64,000 nucleotides of DNA from positions 576,001 to 640,000 of the forward strand of contig OY761158.1 in the NCBI GenBank assembly GCA_963664405.1. Direction: 5' to 3'. Below are positions 10,578 to 20,717 of this stretch, in pieces. Below the pieces are notes generated by a model. That model did not search any database. It was not told the origin of the DNA and saw nothing but the letters and a program-made list of their open reading frames with translations. The first letter of the stretch is position 1. Each line of letters opens with the position of its first letter. Source of the stretch: Thermoanaerobaculia bacterium. Its GTDB lineage: Bacteria; Acidobacteriota; Thermoanaerobaculia; Multivoradales; Multivoraceae. A program made the translations under genes and the position numbers.

Positions 10578-11090
10578 CTACTCGCCGCGAAAGTTCAAAT
10601 CGGAAACGGTCCGGCCCATCATCTCGCGAATGCTCTGCCGCAGCTCCTCCGGCGTCGGTCGACCGACGAAGTACCAGCCGTTCCAGATCCGGTGGATCTC
10701 GAGGCTGGGCAGCAGTGCAAAGGTGAAGGGCACCGGTAACGGACCGTGCCGTTTGTCTGTGGTCTCGCGAATGCCAAGCTCGTCCGTCAGGCGAAGCTCC
10801 TCGTCGCTCAGGAACGGAAATCTCGCGCCGAGGCCGCAACGAAAAGCCTCCTGCACCCGCGGTGGATCGACCGAGATCGCGGCGACGCGGCAGTACGCGA
10901 CCTCGCTAGATTGGTGGAACTCGACCAGCTCCCTCAGCTGCAGCTGTCACTTCGGTCACCACGGCCCTCGATAGAAGGCCAGAATCAGGGGATTGCCGTC
11001 GGCAACCTCTGCGATGGAGACTGTCTGGCCCCGATCGCTGGTTAGAGGAAGCGACGGGAAGGTGTCACCGACATCGAGCCGTAGAGACAT
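10578..11090 (-). CDS. AhpC/TSA redoxin, predicted selenoprotein with UxxU motif
   Basis: Single frame VGDTFP...FYRGPW-TGA-PK-TGA-QLQL...AISVDPP...FPFLSD; TGA codons at 10956-10958 and 10947-10949 occupy the CxxC positions. Confidence 0.8.
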
Positions 11091-11273
11091 GAGAAGTTTT
11101 TGAGGGAGTTTCTGTTTCCACAACCGGCGATCAACTCGAAACCGAGTAGATCGGCTCAGAACCCACCTACAGTACCGCATGACCTGCGTAGCGCGATTAC
11201 GTCAGCTGAGAGGATCGCCGAGAGCGGCGTTCTACTCCTTGCGATGCACCTTGGCGTATCGTTCGATGCCGTC

Positions 11274-11639
11274 CTACGCAGGCTGAAAGAGCTCGACTAC
11301 GTTGCCAGAAGGGTCTAAGCAAAGAATCTGTTTGCGCCCCCCCTGCTCCACAATGTCGTTCCTGAATTGCACACCATCGTCCTTCAGCTTGGAGACGAGG
11401 GACTCCAAATCATCAACAGTCAAGACGAACCTCGACCAGCCTCCCGGCTTGGGCGTGGCGCCATCTGGCATTGGCCTGGACGCTGATGCTGTTGGCCCCG
11501 CAACCCATAGCGTCAAGTCGCCATGTACCAAGATCGCGATCGCAGAGCCGTATTGCTGTTCGAGCTCAAAACCAAGCTTTGAAACATAGAAGGCAACGGC
11601 ATCATCTACGTCATCTACGATGTATCTTACTTGTGCCAT
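11274..11639 (-). CDS. VOC/glyoxalase family protein
   Basis: VRYIVDDVDDAVAFY...PGGWSRF...DPSGNVVELF; GGAG RBS. Confidence 0.9.
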   Translation of the reverse strand: MAQVRYIVDDVDDAVAFYVSKLGFELEQQYGSAIAILVHGDLTLWVAGPTASASRPMPDGATPKPGGWSRFVLTVDDLESLVSKLKDDGVQFRNDIVEQGGRKQILCLDPSGNVVELFQPA

Positions 11640-11769
11640 CCTCGTCTCCTCCGTTCAAAGCTCCGTGAGCCGCGTATCCCATATGGGCATCCGGCAATAC
11701 CACCCCTGATTGCAGCTCGAAATCGCCGAGCTCGAAGCGGCCCTCGATCGGTGTTGGCTGGCTACTCAT
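11611..11769 (-). pseudogene. 5' remnant of a homoserine O-acetyltransferase-like alpha/beta hydrolase
   Basis: FELGDFELQSGVVLPDAHMGYAAHGALN, cut off by the VOC gene; TATAAT 7 nt upstream of ATG. Confidence 0.6.
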
Positions 11770-11789
11770 CGAGCAGATTATAAGCGGCC

Positions 11790-11850
11790 TTTCCTGTCGC
11801 CCTTCTGGGATCAGCGGCTCAGGGCTCGATTCCCGCTGTCGCAAAGCACC
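11790..11850. repeat. Partial cassette-junction module (left end of array)
   Basis: gtcgccc..gggatcagcggctcagggctcgat..gctgtcgcaaagcacc matches modules at 29101, 35457, 38287; only a half-site remains. Confidence 0.7.
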
Positions 11851-11889
11851 TCCTGAGGTCTCGGCCGTACCCCCATGAGAAGACTCTCG

Positions 11890-12807
11890 TCAAGGGTGCG
11901 GGAGAGGATCCCAGGCCCAGAAGGCGCCGAGCCACTCCTTGAAGGTCGCCGCCTTCGCCTCCCGCATCATGATCGCGACATGGGCGTAGCGGTGAAGCAC
12001 GCACCAGGCGCGGAGTGACCGGAGGAGCTCTCGGGTCGGTTCCACCCCCCGTCCCTCCAGCATCCCCCGCTCTGCCGCTTCGTCTCCGCGGGTGAGGTAG
12101 CAGGCCGGCGCGGCGAGCTCGTAGGTCCAGGGCCCGACGAACGCGTCCGCGAAGTCGATCAGTCCAACGATACGACCGCCACGCACGAGGAAGTGGTCGC
12201 TGGTCAGATCCGCGTGAAGCAACACCGGCTCCGCGGAGACTAATTCGGGCAGTGGGGTCACGAATCGAAGCAGCGCGGCTTCGAGCTCGTCGTCACCGCC
12301 CCGATCACGCTGGTCTTCACACAGCGCCGGCAGACGTTCCGCCACGAGGGCATCTTGGTCGATCTGCAGGTGTTCCAGTCCGGCGGTCGGCAGGTCGTTG
12401 AGCCGCGCCATCGTCTCCCCCATCTGCCGAGCGAAAGAGACGCGCTCCGAGGGGGACGACCGGGGCCAGACCTCAACTATGGGCTCGCCCTCGAGATGGC
12501 TCATCACGACATAGGGCCAGCCGTCTATCTCTCCAACATGCTCCAGCTGGGGAACGCGGATCTGCGCGCCCGTCAGATGCCGTAGGAGCGAGACTTCCAC
12601 CTCCGCGTCCTCGGGCCAGAGGGGAACGAAGACCTTCAGGACCGATCGCTTCGTGTGCCAGACCAGGTGCGTACCGCGGTCGAAGGGCCGGAGCTCCGAC
12701 GCGGAGAGCCCGTGCCGCTCGGCGATGGCAATCATCGCCCGGCGCTGGGCCCCGGTGTCGTGCCGGAGCGCGCGGTACTCCTCGATGGACGGAACGGGCG
12801 GCAACAT
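11890..12807 (-). CDS. Aminoglycoside phosphotransferase (APH)/choline kinase family
   Basis: GWPYVVMS, LLHADL, GLIDFADA. Confidence 0.85.
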   Translation of the reverse strand: MLPPVPSIEEYRALRHDTGAQRRAMIAIAERHGLSASELRPFDRGTHLVWHTKRSVLKVFVPLWPEDAEVEVSLLRHLTGAQIRVPQLEHVGEIDGWPYVVMSHLEGEPIVEVWPRSSPSERVSFARQMGETMARLNDLPTAGLEHLQIDQDALVAERLPALCEDQRDRGGDDELEAALLRFVTPLPELVSAEPVLLHADLTSDHFLVRGGRIVGLIDFADAFVGPWTYELAAPACYLTRGDEAAERGMLEGRGVEPTRELLRSLRAWCVLHRYAHVAIMMREAKAATFKEWLGAFWAWDPLPHP

Positions 12808-12890
12808 CCCGAAATCCTATCGACTCGCGCGCGGTTCCCAACTCACGCTCCCGGAGCGACGTAGATGAAACGCCCCGACCTCCTCAGCGA

Positions 12891-13910
12891 CTACTTCTCG
12901 GCGCCACTTTTCAAGGAGGTCTTCTCTTCGAGGGCGGCCTTCTCCTGGTAGCGGGCTCCGGACAGAATGTTGGGCAGTCCGTAGTTGCCCTCGTGACACG
13001 CGAACTCGTAGATCGGTCCCTCGATGGCGCGTAGCGTGTTCTCGAGAGTCCACGACTGCGTATAGCTCGCCGGATCGGTCACGGTGAGTGAGTAGTCGAT
13101 CGTATTCTCGTCGAATCGCACGAGGCGCTCGACCAAACGCAGGCCGGCCGTCGCGCCCATGAACGGGTTGCGGCCATCGAAGCCGGCCGTCTCGATCACC
13201 AGAGTGTCTCCTTCCCAGTGGCCACGTGAAGATCCGTCCCAGAGGGCGATGTCCTCGCCGAGGGCCGGCCGGCCGTCGAGGGGAACCAGGCGGATCTGCG
13301 GACCGTGCTCGCTGAGGATGGCCACGGTTTCGGGCGTCTGGAGGATGTGATGGTTGTGCAAATAAAGGTTGCTGGGAAAATAGAAGAAGCCGGTCATCAG
13401 GCAGCGGGTGGCGATGTGCAGATCCTCGTGCGAGTCGAGAGACCCGAAGCCGAGCAATTGGAGCGTCGACTTTGTGTTCCGCTGACGACCTTCCGGGGTG
13501 AATGGGATCTTGCCGTCCGGCGGGTCCACGACCAACGACGTGCGGCGACTGCGCACGACTTCAGTGCCTGGCTCGAGGAAGATCTCGGTCAGCTCACCGG
13601 TGGTCTTGCCCTCTGCCGTGCCTTCGACGAGGTTGAGGACGTTCTCGAGGCCGGTGCCCCGTAGCGCCTCAGCCTCCTCTTCGCTCAGGTGAGTCTTGTC
13701 TCCCAGCTCGGCGGAACGCTCCATGGGAGTGACGGTGGCATTGCTCCACAGGCCCTGGAGATCCGGATCGCCCCACTCGGTGCGAGGTGCCGTCTGCGCC
13801 TCGGCGGCAAGTACCGCGAACGCCGTCGTCGCGGCAACGGCGAGGGCGAGTTGGATAAAGATTCGTCGAGGTCTCATGCGCCGCCTCGCGGGGGCCGAGC
13901 GGCCGGCCAT
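12891..13910 (-). CDS. Secreted hypothetical protein (paralog of 9245..10375)
   Basis: WGDPDLQGLWSNATVTPMER, GSSRGHWEGDTLVIET, YEFACHEGNY; start uncertain (13910 or 13877). Confidence 0.8.
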   Translation of the reverse strand: MAGRSAPARRRMRPRRIFIQLALAVAATTAFAVLAAEAQTAPRTEWGDPDLQGLWSNATVTPMERSAELGDKTHLSEEEAEALRGTGLENVLNLVEGTAEGKTTGELTEIFLEPGTEVVRSRRTSLVVDPPDGKIPFTPEGRQRNTKSTLQLLGFGSLDSHEDLHIATRCLMTGFFYFPSNLYLHNHHILQTPETVAILSEHGPQIRLVPLDGRPALGEDIALWDGSSRGHWEGDTLVIETAGFDGRNPFMGATAGLRLVERLVRFDENTIDYSLTVTDPASYTQSWTLENTLRAIEGPIYEFACHEGNYGLPNILSGARYQEKAALEEKTSLKSGAEK

Positions 13911-14551
13911 CAACCAGCCCGGACCAAGCCGTCCTGGTCGTAGTGGTGGACGCAGAAGAGCGCCCATGAATCTTCGAACGCCATTTCCAGCTCACCGTTC
14001 ACCGAGGTCGTGCCTCGTCCGATTGCCCCGTAGGTGAACTCGAAACTACCGCTCGGGCGCACCAGTGCAATGTCGAACGGTTCGCCATTGAACTCGTTGA
14101 TCATCGGTCTGCCGCTACTCTTCACGACGCCAGGGATGTCGACCTTCGCGGTCCTGAGCTCCAGGTCCACCTCGAGATCGATCGGCAGAAACAGTGTCTC
14201 GAAAAACTCCGAGCACAAGGAACCGAACACGGCGAAATGATTGCTGAGAGGCGCGCATGCCTCGCCCGCGACTATCGTCTCGAGAGCAATCCGCTGAGCC
14301 TCGTCCGCACGCTCGTCGACAACGATCTGGCGCTTCCCGTTTCCCTCGGCGATCTCACCGGGGAATATGCAAAGCATCGACCAATTCAGGCCCGAGAGCG
14401 GCGTGTCGTTGAAATGACCTTCCACGACGGTGCCGACGTAGGCGAAGTGACAATTGCCGTGTGTCGTGGGCTCGTTGAATTGACAACCACAGCTCACGGA
14501 GCAATTGCAGTTGTCGTAGGTATGGCTCCTGAACTCCCAATGGTCAGGCAT
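13910..14551 (-). CDS. DUF1326 family protein
   Basis: NCNCSVSCGC...PTTHGNC, GHFNDTPLSGL, DERADEAQR. Confidence 0.8.
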   Translation of the reverse strand: MPDHWEFRSHTYDNCNCSVSCGCQFNEPTTHGNCHFAYVGTVVEGHFNDTPLSGLNWSMLCIFPGEIAEGNGKRQIVVDERADEAQRIALETIVAGEACAPLSNHFAVFGSLCSEFFETLFLPIDLEVDLELRTAKVDIPGVVKSSGRPMINEFNGEPFDIALVRPSGSFEFTYGAIGRGTTSVNGELEMAFEDSWALFCVHHYDQDGLVRAG

Positions 14552-14581
14552 CTCACCGATCCTCCCTGGCGGTTGTGGCAA

Positions 14582-14749
14582 CTAGTGGACCGTAACACTC
14601 GAACGTTTAGTGGCTGAGTGAGTCATTCGTGGTCGAGATCAAGGCGCGCTGACGCAGGCATAGCGGGGACTATGTCGAGGAAGCGTAACGCAGAGATCGG
14701 CCACGAGGGCCGCTCAGGCGCTAAACGTTCGGGTGTTACGGCCCGCTAG
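14582..14749 (+). repeat. CTAG-bounded palindromic element, copy 3 (168 bp)
   Basis: ctagtggaccgtaacactcgaacgtttag ... ctaaacgttcgggtgttacggcccgctag; core CAAGGCGCG...GCAGGCATAGcggggaCTATGTCGAGG. Confidence 0.85.
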
Positions 14750-14855
14750 CCTACTTGCAAGCCCATTGGCGGATCAAGCGCTGGAGATCCGCCATTTGCT
14801 TCCAACCCCGTCGTGTATCCTCTTCTCATCTGGCAAATTCGTAGCGTGAGGACAT

Positions 14856-15524
14856 ATGCAAAGCGTACTTTTTGGGGACCAGTTTCAGGAAACCCAGACC
14901 ACCGACCTGATGGTCGTTCAGAATCAGCATCTGGTGAAGGTCAATCTCGATGGAACCATCCACGCCAAGCAGGGCTCGATGGTTGCTTACCAGGGCGAGG
15001 TGAACTTCAAGTACAAGGGGGCCGGCGCCAAGCGTCTGCTCAAGAAGCTGGTTTCGGGCGAGGACTTCCAGCTCATGGAGATCACCGGCAAGGGCGACGT
15101 ATTCCTTGCCGATACCGCCCAGGATGTCTACCTCGTGTTCCTCGAGAACGAGGCCCTCTCGATCAAGGGCGACCACGTGCTGGCGCTTGATGCCGCCCTC
15201 AGCTGGGACATCAAGTTCAACAGGTTGGCCGGTATGCTGGCCGGAGGTTTAGTGAACGTCATCGTCTCGGGAACCGGTTGGGTCGCGCTGACGAGCCACG
15301 GTGTGCCGGTCGTGCTTCAGGTTGATCGGCCGACCTTGACCGACATCAATGCGACTGTCGCGTGGTCGACCAGCCTCGATCAGGCGATCAAGAAGTCAGA
15401 CAGCGTGTTCAAGACGGCCATCGGCAGAGGCGGCGGAGAGCTCTTTCAGATGTCCTTTTCAGGAGACGGACATGTGATCGTGCAGCCGAGCGAGGGCTTC
15501 CCGGTAGCGCCGTCCAGCGGATGA
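14856..15524 (+). CDS. AIM24 family protein
   Basis: AKQGSMVAYQG, SGEDFQLM, GGGELFQMSFSGDGHVIVQPSE. Confidence 0.9.
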   Translation: MQSVLFGDQFQETQTTDLMVVQNQHLVKVNLDGTIHAKQGSMVAYQGEVNFKYKGAGAKRLLKKLVSGEDFQLMEITGKGDVFLADTAQDVYLVFLENEALSIKGDHVLALDAALSWDIKFNRLAGMLAGGLVNVIVSGTGWVALTSHGVPVVLQVDRPTLTDINATVAWSTSLDQAIKKSDSVFKTAIGRGGGELFQMSFSGDGHVIVQPSEGFPVAPSSG

Positions 15525-15625
15525 CCCATGGGATGCCCGCGAGACCCCGGCGCCTTCTCAGTCGGCGGGCTCTTGAGGCTTTCGCGTAGCTAGCCCCCGA
15601 AGATGCTTGTTTGGCGCTGATCTCG

Positions 15626-15652
15626 TATCGCAGTTCGCCCGGAAAGGCGACT
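15626..15652. repeat. 27-bp cassette-junction site (degenerate)
   Basis: TATCGCA-gttCGCCcggaaa-GGCGACT. Confidence 0.6.
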
Positions 15653-15724
15653 AGCCAAGGATTTCAGGTGCCCTGTCCACCACGAGGGTTGATCGACTCT
15701 AAACACCGCGGGGTGTACGGAGCG

Positions 15725-15889
15725 TCAATCGTCATCGCCACCGTCATCGCCGTCCGACGGGTCGTCCGTCCCTGAGAAGGGATCGTCGCGCTTGGCGTTG
15801 TCGCTGCGGTCCAGACGAAAACCTTTTCGCGCCACCGCGGCGACGATGGCAACGACGACGCCAATCGCGATCAAGAGCTCCAAAGACAT
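15725..15889 (-). CDS. Small (54 aa) single-TM protein with acidic tail
   Basis: AAGGAGG RBS; MSLELLIAIGVVVAIVAAVARKG...DGDDGGDDD; below the ORF-track length cutoff. Confidence 0.65.
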   Translation of the reverse strand: MSLELLIAIGVVVAIVAAVARKGFRLDRSDNAKRDDPFSGTDDPSDGDDGGDDD

Positions 15890-16099
15890 GTTTCCTCCTT
15901 TGTCAGCGCGGACCAGGGTACTGCATTTGGCACCATCTCCTGTCGCCCTCCTGCTCCGAGGCCAGGACCAGGATGTCGCCTCTCACCCAGAAAGGCGTAT
16001 CTGGACTCCTCTGTCAAGGACTCCTCCTTTGTTTCTTCAGGAAGTTCGGGCGATCACATGGTCATTGCCTCCGGGGCGAGCTCGAGAGCGAATCCTAGA

Positions 16100-16260
16100 C
16101 GGTAGGTCTGACTGCAGTCGTATCTTCGGCCCGTTGGTGGAGCTTCTCTATGCTCCTGGCCAGGATGGATTCCGCGGGCGGGGAGCCAATCGACACACGG
16201 CCCTGAATAGGCCAGCCTTTCGTCGGCTCTCCCCCGCCCCGGTCCGACCGGTTCGCCATC
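16100..16260 (-). ncRNA. Predicted IS1111 bridge/seek RNA
   Basis: Hairpins with loop segments CGAAAGGC and GTGTGTCG (match target) and TCCATC and AGATAC (match circle junction); boundaries approximate. Confidence 0.65.
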
Positions 16261-16306
16261 GTTACGTCTCTCGAAGCAGTCACTGGGTGGGTTCTAGTAA
16301 GGGGAT

Positions 16307-17336
16307 CTACGCGGCTTTTCTTTCGATGGTGAAGTCTCGATCCTCGCGCCACACCGTCCAGGCAATGCGGGCGATCTTGTTCGCCAGCGCGACGGCGGCG
16401 CGGTTGTGTCCTCGGCGTTTCTCGACCTGCAGCGCCCACGTGTACAGAGGGCTTGGGTTGTGGACTCTCTTGGCCGCCAACAGACAGGACCGAGCGCCGT
16501 GAATCAGAAGCCACCGCAGGTACTCGTCGCCTTGTTTGCTGATGTGGCCGAGCCGACGCTTTTGGGCGGTGGCGTGCACGCGCGGGGTCAGGCCCAAGTA
16601 CGATCCAAAGCGTCGAGCCGAGGGGAAGCGGTGGATCTCGCCGACAAACGCCACCATCGCGGTGGCGGTGAGCGGGCCGATGCCGGGCACAGATTGCAGA
16701 TGCGCGACGGCGGGCATCGTCGGGGCCAGTGCCTCGAGCTGCTTGGAAACGCTCGCGCAGCGCCGCTCCAGCTCCCGGATCTCCTCACATGCTTCCGCCA
16801 GGGTCAAACGCATGGGGTCGGGCAGATCGTTGGCGTCATCTGCGATCAGCTCTCGTACCCGGGGCACTACGTTCTTGGCACCCTGGGCGATGAAGTGACC
16901 GTGCTCTCGCAACAGGCCGCGTACGCCGTTCAGCCGTGCCGTGCGCGTCTCCATCCAGGCCGAGCGCAACCGGTGCAAGGCCCCCACACCGCGCTGCTCG
17001 ACGGTCTTGATCGGCACCGGCTCGATCTCCTCGTTGCGGTCGGCTTCCAGCAGCGCCTTCGCATCCGTGCGATCGGTCTTCTTGTGCCGGCGACGGTAGG
17101 GCCGTACCAGGTGAGGCGGTAGCAGCACCACCTCGTGACCGAGCTTCTGGATCTCCTCAGCCCAGAAGTGGGCGGAACCACATGCCTCCAGAAGCACACG
17201 CGAAGCCTCGCGCTGCGCGAAGAACCGCAGAAACTTCTTCCGCGACAAGCGACACCGTTCGGCCACCTTCCCGGGAACGTGGGACACGGCGATCTCCAAG
17301 ACGTTTTTCGCCAAGTCGACGGCGATGGTCGTAGAC
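16307..17336 (-). pseudogene. IS110-family transposase; first codons displaced to 20732-20736 by the IS21 insertion
   Basis: (MQS)TTIAVDLAKN, LEACGSAHFWA, KTDRTDA, PGIGPLTA, GLTPR, ISKQGD, AVALANK. Confidence 0.9.
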
Positions 17337-17695
17337 TGTTGATGGCTGCGAGAAAGCGCATCCCGTTGGCTGCGAGCGCAGTTTCCGGGATGGAGTGAGC
17401 TGAGGGCTTCGCGACCGCGGGAAAGCTAGGCCTTCTTCAGGAAGGGCGGCATCATCCCGCCGGAACGGCGGTCCGGGTGCGTGGTCCCGGCGGCGTGTTT
17501 GCGGTCGGAAGAGATGCGTGAGTCGGTGTAGGGCTTTGCAGTGCGGGCTCTGCTCTGATAGAGCAGGCCGACCAGAGACGGCGAGAGCCCGGGAAAGCGA
17601 AGTAGAAAACGCCCCGGGCTCTGCCCCAAACCGCAGCATTAGCTGCGCTTGCAGTATGGCAGAGAGTCGGGGTCGTCGTCGAATGGGAGGCGACG

Positions 17696-18091
17696 ATGCG
17701 ACCGGACTACCGACTCTTCGACTGTGCTCGATGCCGTCGGCGTATCTCGCTGTGCTCGCACTGTGACCGTGGCCAGCGTTACTGCCGGGCTTGTGCTCTG
17801 GTGGCTCGTCGGGAATCGACTCGGGCGGCCGGCCATCGGTACCAGCGAAGCCTCCGAGGTCGGCATTGTCATGCCGCCCGTCAGGCCCGCTACCGTCGGC
17901 GCCAGCGCGAGCGGGCAGAGAAAGTGACGCATCAGGGTACCCCAGGCGGTACTTCGGGGAGGACACTGTGTCGGATCGAGACTCCGAGGCGCGAAGTGCG
18001 CTACGACCCGAGGAATCCGCGATGCATGCAGTGTGGAGAGGCCTGCCGAGAGTTTGTGCGAACGAGCTTTCGTCGTTGCCGACGGAGATAG
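17696..18091 (+). CDS. Cys-rich (Zn-finger-like), Arg-rich accessory ORF in IS21
   Basis: CARC...CSHCDRGQRYC..C, second CMQC; directly upstream of istA. Confidence 0.65.
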   Translation: MRPDYRLFDCARCRRRISLCSHCDRGQRYCRACALVARRESTRAAGHRYQRSLRGRHCHAARQARYRRRQRERAEKVTHQGTPGGTSGRTLCRIETPRREVRYDPRNPRCMQCGEACREFVRTSFRRCRRR

Positions 18092-18095
18092 GGGC

Positions 18096-19604
18096 GTGAT
18101 CGACGCACAGCTGCGCGGGGAGATCCGTCGTCTGTTCCTGGTCGAGAAGTGGAAAGTCGGCACGATCGCTCGACAGCTACAGCTGCACCCCTCAACCGTG
18201 CGCCGGGCGCTGGAGAAGTCCGGCGTGCTACCCCAGCAGCGACGAGGGAGGATGATCGATCCTTACCTGCCGTTCATCGAGCAGGTGCTCGGGACCTACC
18301 CACGACTGCCGGCGAGCCGTCTCTACACCATGGTGGTGGAGCGCGGCTATCCAGGAGGCCCGGATCAGTTTCGCCACCTGGTGGCCTCGATGCGACCGAA
18401 GCCCCAGCGCGAGGCGTTTCTCTCGCTGCGCATGCTGCCAGGAGAGCAGGCGCAGGTCGACTGGGGCCACTTCGGTCGGCTCCGCGTCGGCCGGGCACAT
18501 CGTCGGCTCTATGCCTTCGTCTTCGTGCTGTCGTTCTCGCGCACGGTCTTCGTGCACTTCACCCTCGACACTCGTCTCGAAACCTTCTTGCACGCTCACC
18601 AGCTGGCCTTCCACTACGTCGACGGCGTCGTCAGGACCGTTCTGTACGACAACCTGCGAACCGCGGTGATCGAGCGGCAGGGAACCGCGGTGCGCTTCCA
18701 TCCCGTGCTGCTCGATTTCGCCAGCCACTACGGCTTCCTTCCCACCGTCGCCGCGGTGGCTCGGGGAAATGAGAAAGGCCGCGTCGAGCGCGCAATCCGC
18801 TTCCTGCGAAGCTCGTTCTTCGGCGCCCGAACGGTGAGCGATTTGGATCGTCTGAATCGGCAGGTCCTGGAATGGTGCCAGAGGTCGCAGCGCAGACCCT
18901 GGCCGCAGGACCGACAGCGAACCGTGAAAAGCGCCCTGGCCCAGGAACGACCTCGACTGCTTGAGCTTCCCGGAGACGACTTCGAAACCGACCTGCGACT
19001 GGAGATCAAGGTCAGAAAGACGCCGATCGTGCGCTTCGACCTCAACGACTACTCGGTGCCGCACAGTCATGTGCAGAGGACCGTCACGCTCCTCGCCAGC
19101 GAGCATCGGGTGCGGATCCTCGATGGCCAGGAGCTCCTCGCCGAGCACCCTCGCTCGTACTCCCGGGGCGAGCAGATCCTCGATCCTCAACACCTCGAGG
19201 AGCTCCTCGCTCACAAACGCAGGGCCCGACGACACCGGGGCTTCCATCGGCTGTTTTCCGCTGTGCCTCGATGCGAAGAGCTGATGCAGCAGCTCGCCGA
19301 GCGAGGCGAGAACCTCGGAACGCAGACCGCCGGCCTGCTCCGACTCCTGCGCCAGTACGGCCCCCAGCGACTCGACAAAGCCGTGCGCGAAGCGCTCCTG
19401 AACCACGCACCGCGATTCCAGTCCGTCCGGCTCCTACTCGAACGGCACCAGCGCGGCCTCGGTCAGCCCCCGGCTTTACCGGTGCCGCTCAGCCAGGAGC
19501 TCCAACAGCGAGATCTCTCCGTGAGACCGCACAACCTCGAGGACTACGACCAACTTGGAGGCAACGACGATGGCCCGACCCAGGAAGAGTCCAACGATCC
19601 CTGA
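18096..19604 (+). CDS. istA: IS21 transposase IstA
   Basis: PGEQAQVDWG, LYDNLRT, EKGRVERAI. Confidence 0.92.
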   Translation: MIDAQLRGEIRRLFLVEKWKVGTIARQLQLHPSTVRRALEKSGVLPQQRRGRMIDPYLPFIEQVLGTYPRLPASRLYTMVVERGYPGGPDQFRHLVASMRPKPQREAFLSLRMLPGEQAQVDWGHFGRLRVGRAHRRLYAFVFVLSFSRTVFVHFTLDTRLETFLHAHQLAFHYVDGVVRTVLYDNLRTAVIERQGTAVRFHPVLLDFASHYGFLPTVAAVARGNEKGRVERAIRFLRSSFFGARTVSDLDRLNRQVLEWCQRSQRRPWPQDRQRTVKSALAQERPRLLELPGDDFETDLRLEIKVRKTPIVRFDLNDYSVPHSHVQRTVTLLASEHRVRILDGQELLAEHPRSYSRGEQILDPQHLEELLAHKRRARRHRGFHRLFSAVPRCEELMQQLAERGENLGTQTAGLLRLLRQYGPQRLDKAVREALLNHAPRFQSVRLLLERHQRGLGQPPALPVPLSQELQQRDLSVRPHNLEDYDQLGGNDDGPTQEESNDP

Positions 19605-20364
19605 CGAACCACTACGAGAGCTCGCCCGATCCCTCGGCTTCTACGCCCTCGTCGACGACTGGGGCACCTACCGAGAACAGCCCTGGCTCGAACAGCTGCT
19701 GCGCAAAGAAGAGGCCGAGCGCAAACGGCGCAGCCTCGAACGGCGCATCCGCACCAGCCGCGTCGGGCTCTTCAAGAGCATCGCCGACTTCGACTTCTCC
19801 TGGCCCCAGCGCATCGACCGCGAGCAGATCCAGGATCTGCTCACCCTCCAATTCCTCGACGACATCACCAACGTCATCCTCCTCGGACCCAACGGTGTCG
19901 GCAAGACCATGATTGCCAAGAACCTCCTCTACCAGGCGCTGCAACGAGGGGCCACCGCCAGCTTCGTCACCGCCTCCGACATGCTCAACGATCTCGCCGT
20001 CCAGGAAACCCCCTCGGCGCTCCAGAGAAGGCTCTCCAAATACACCCGACCCTCGCTTTTGGCAATCGATGAGCTCGGCTATCTCTCCTACGACCACCGC
20101 CACGCGGATCTCCTCTTCGAGGTCGTCTCCAGGAGATACGGCAACAAGCCCATTCTTCTCACCACCAACAAGCCCTTCGCCGAATGGGCCGAGGTCTTTC
20201 CCAACGCCTCCTGCGTCGTCACTCTCGTCGATCGACTCACCCACCACGCCGAGATCGTCAAGATCGAGGCTAACTCCTATCGCCGCAAGGAGGCCAAGGA
20301 GGCTGCTGAAAAAAAGGCCAAGGACCGCGCCAAAAGGCGGAGCGCAGCACGACGACGCTCATGA
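19570..20364 (+). CDS. istB: IS21 helper ATPase IstB
   Basis: FDFSWP, GPNGVGKT, LLAIDELGY, LVDRLTHH. Confidence 0.92.
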   Translation: MARPRKSPTIPDEPLRELARSLGFYALVDDWGTYREQPWLEQLLRKEEAERKRRSLERRIRTSRVGLFKSIADFDFSWPQRIDREQIQDLLTLQFLDDITNVILLGPNGVGKTMIAKNLLYQALQRGATASFVTASDMLNDLAVQETPSALQRRLSKYTRPSLLAIDELGYLSYDHRHADLLFEVVSRRYGNKPILLTTNKPFAEWAEVFPNASCVVTLVDRLTHHAEIVKIEANSYRRKEAKEAAEKKAKDRAKRRSAARRRS

Positions 20365-20717
20365 CCCGAAGCCACTATCGGCGCCAGCTCCTCCGCCTCT
20401 ATCGACTCCTTCCCGACACCCCGCACCGCTTCCACCACGGCGACCGCGTCATCGTCGACCAGCTCTTCGACCAAGACCTGCCTCTCACCGTCCTCCAGGC
20501 CGCCCTCCTCCTCGGCTCCGCCCGACGCGCATGCCGAGATCCGCGCCTACCAAAGCTCCAGCCCATCCGATCCCTCGCCTACTTTCTCCCCATCCTCCGA
20601 GAACTCCCCACGACGCCACCCCCCGAGGGGTACCTCGACTATCTGCGCCACACCCTGAGTCACGCCTCGCGGGGACAAAAAACCGACTCGCAGCCAACTA
20701 AGTGCGCTTTCTCGTAG
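20361..20717 (+). CDS. Hypothetical accessory ORF inside IS21
   Basis: ATGA overlap with istB stop; ends inside the right IR. Confidence 0.55.
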   Translation: MTRSHYRRQLLRLYRLLPDTPHRFHHGDRVIVDQLFDQDLPLTVLQAALLLGSARRACRDPRLPKLQPIRSLAYFLPILRELPTTPPPEGYLDYLRHTLSHASRGQKTDSQPTKCAFS

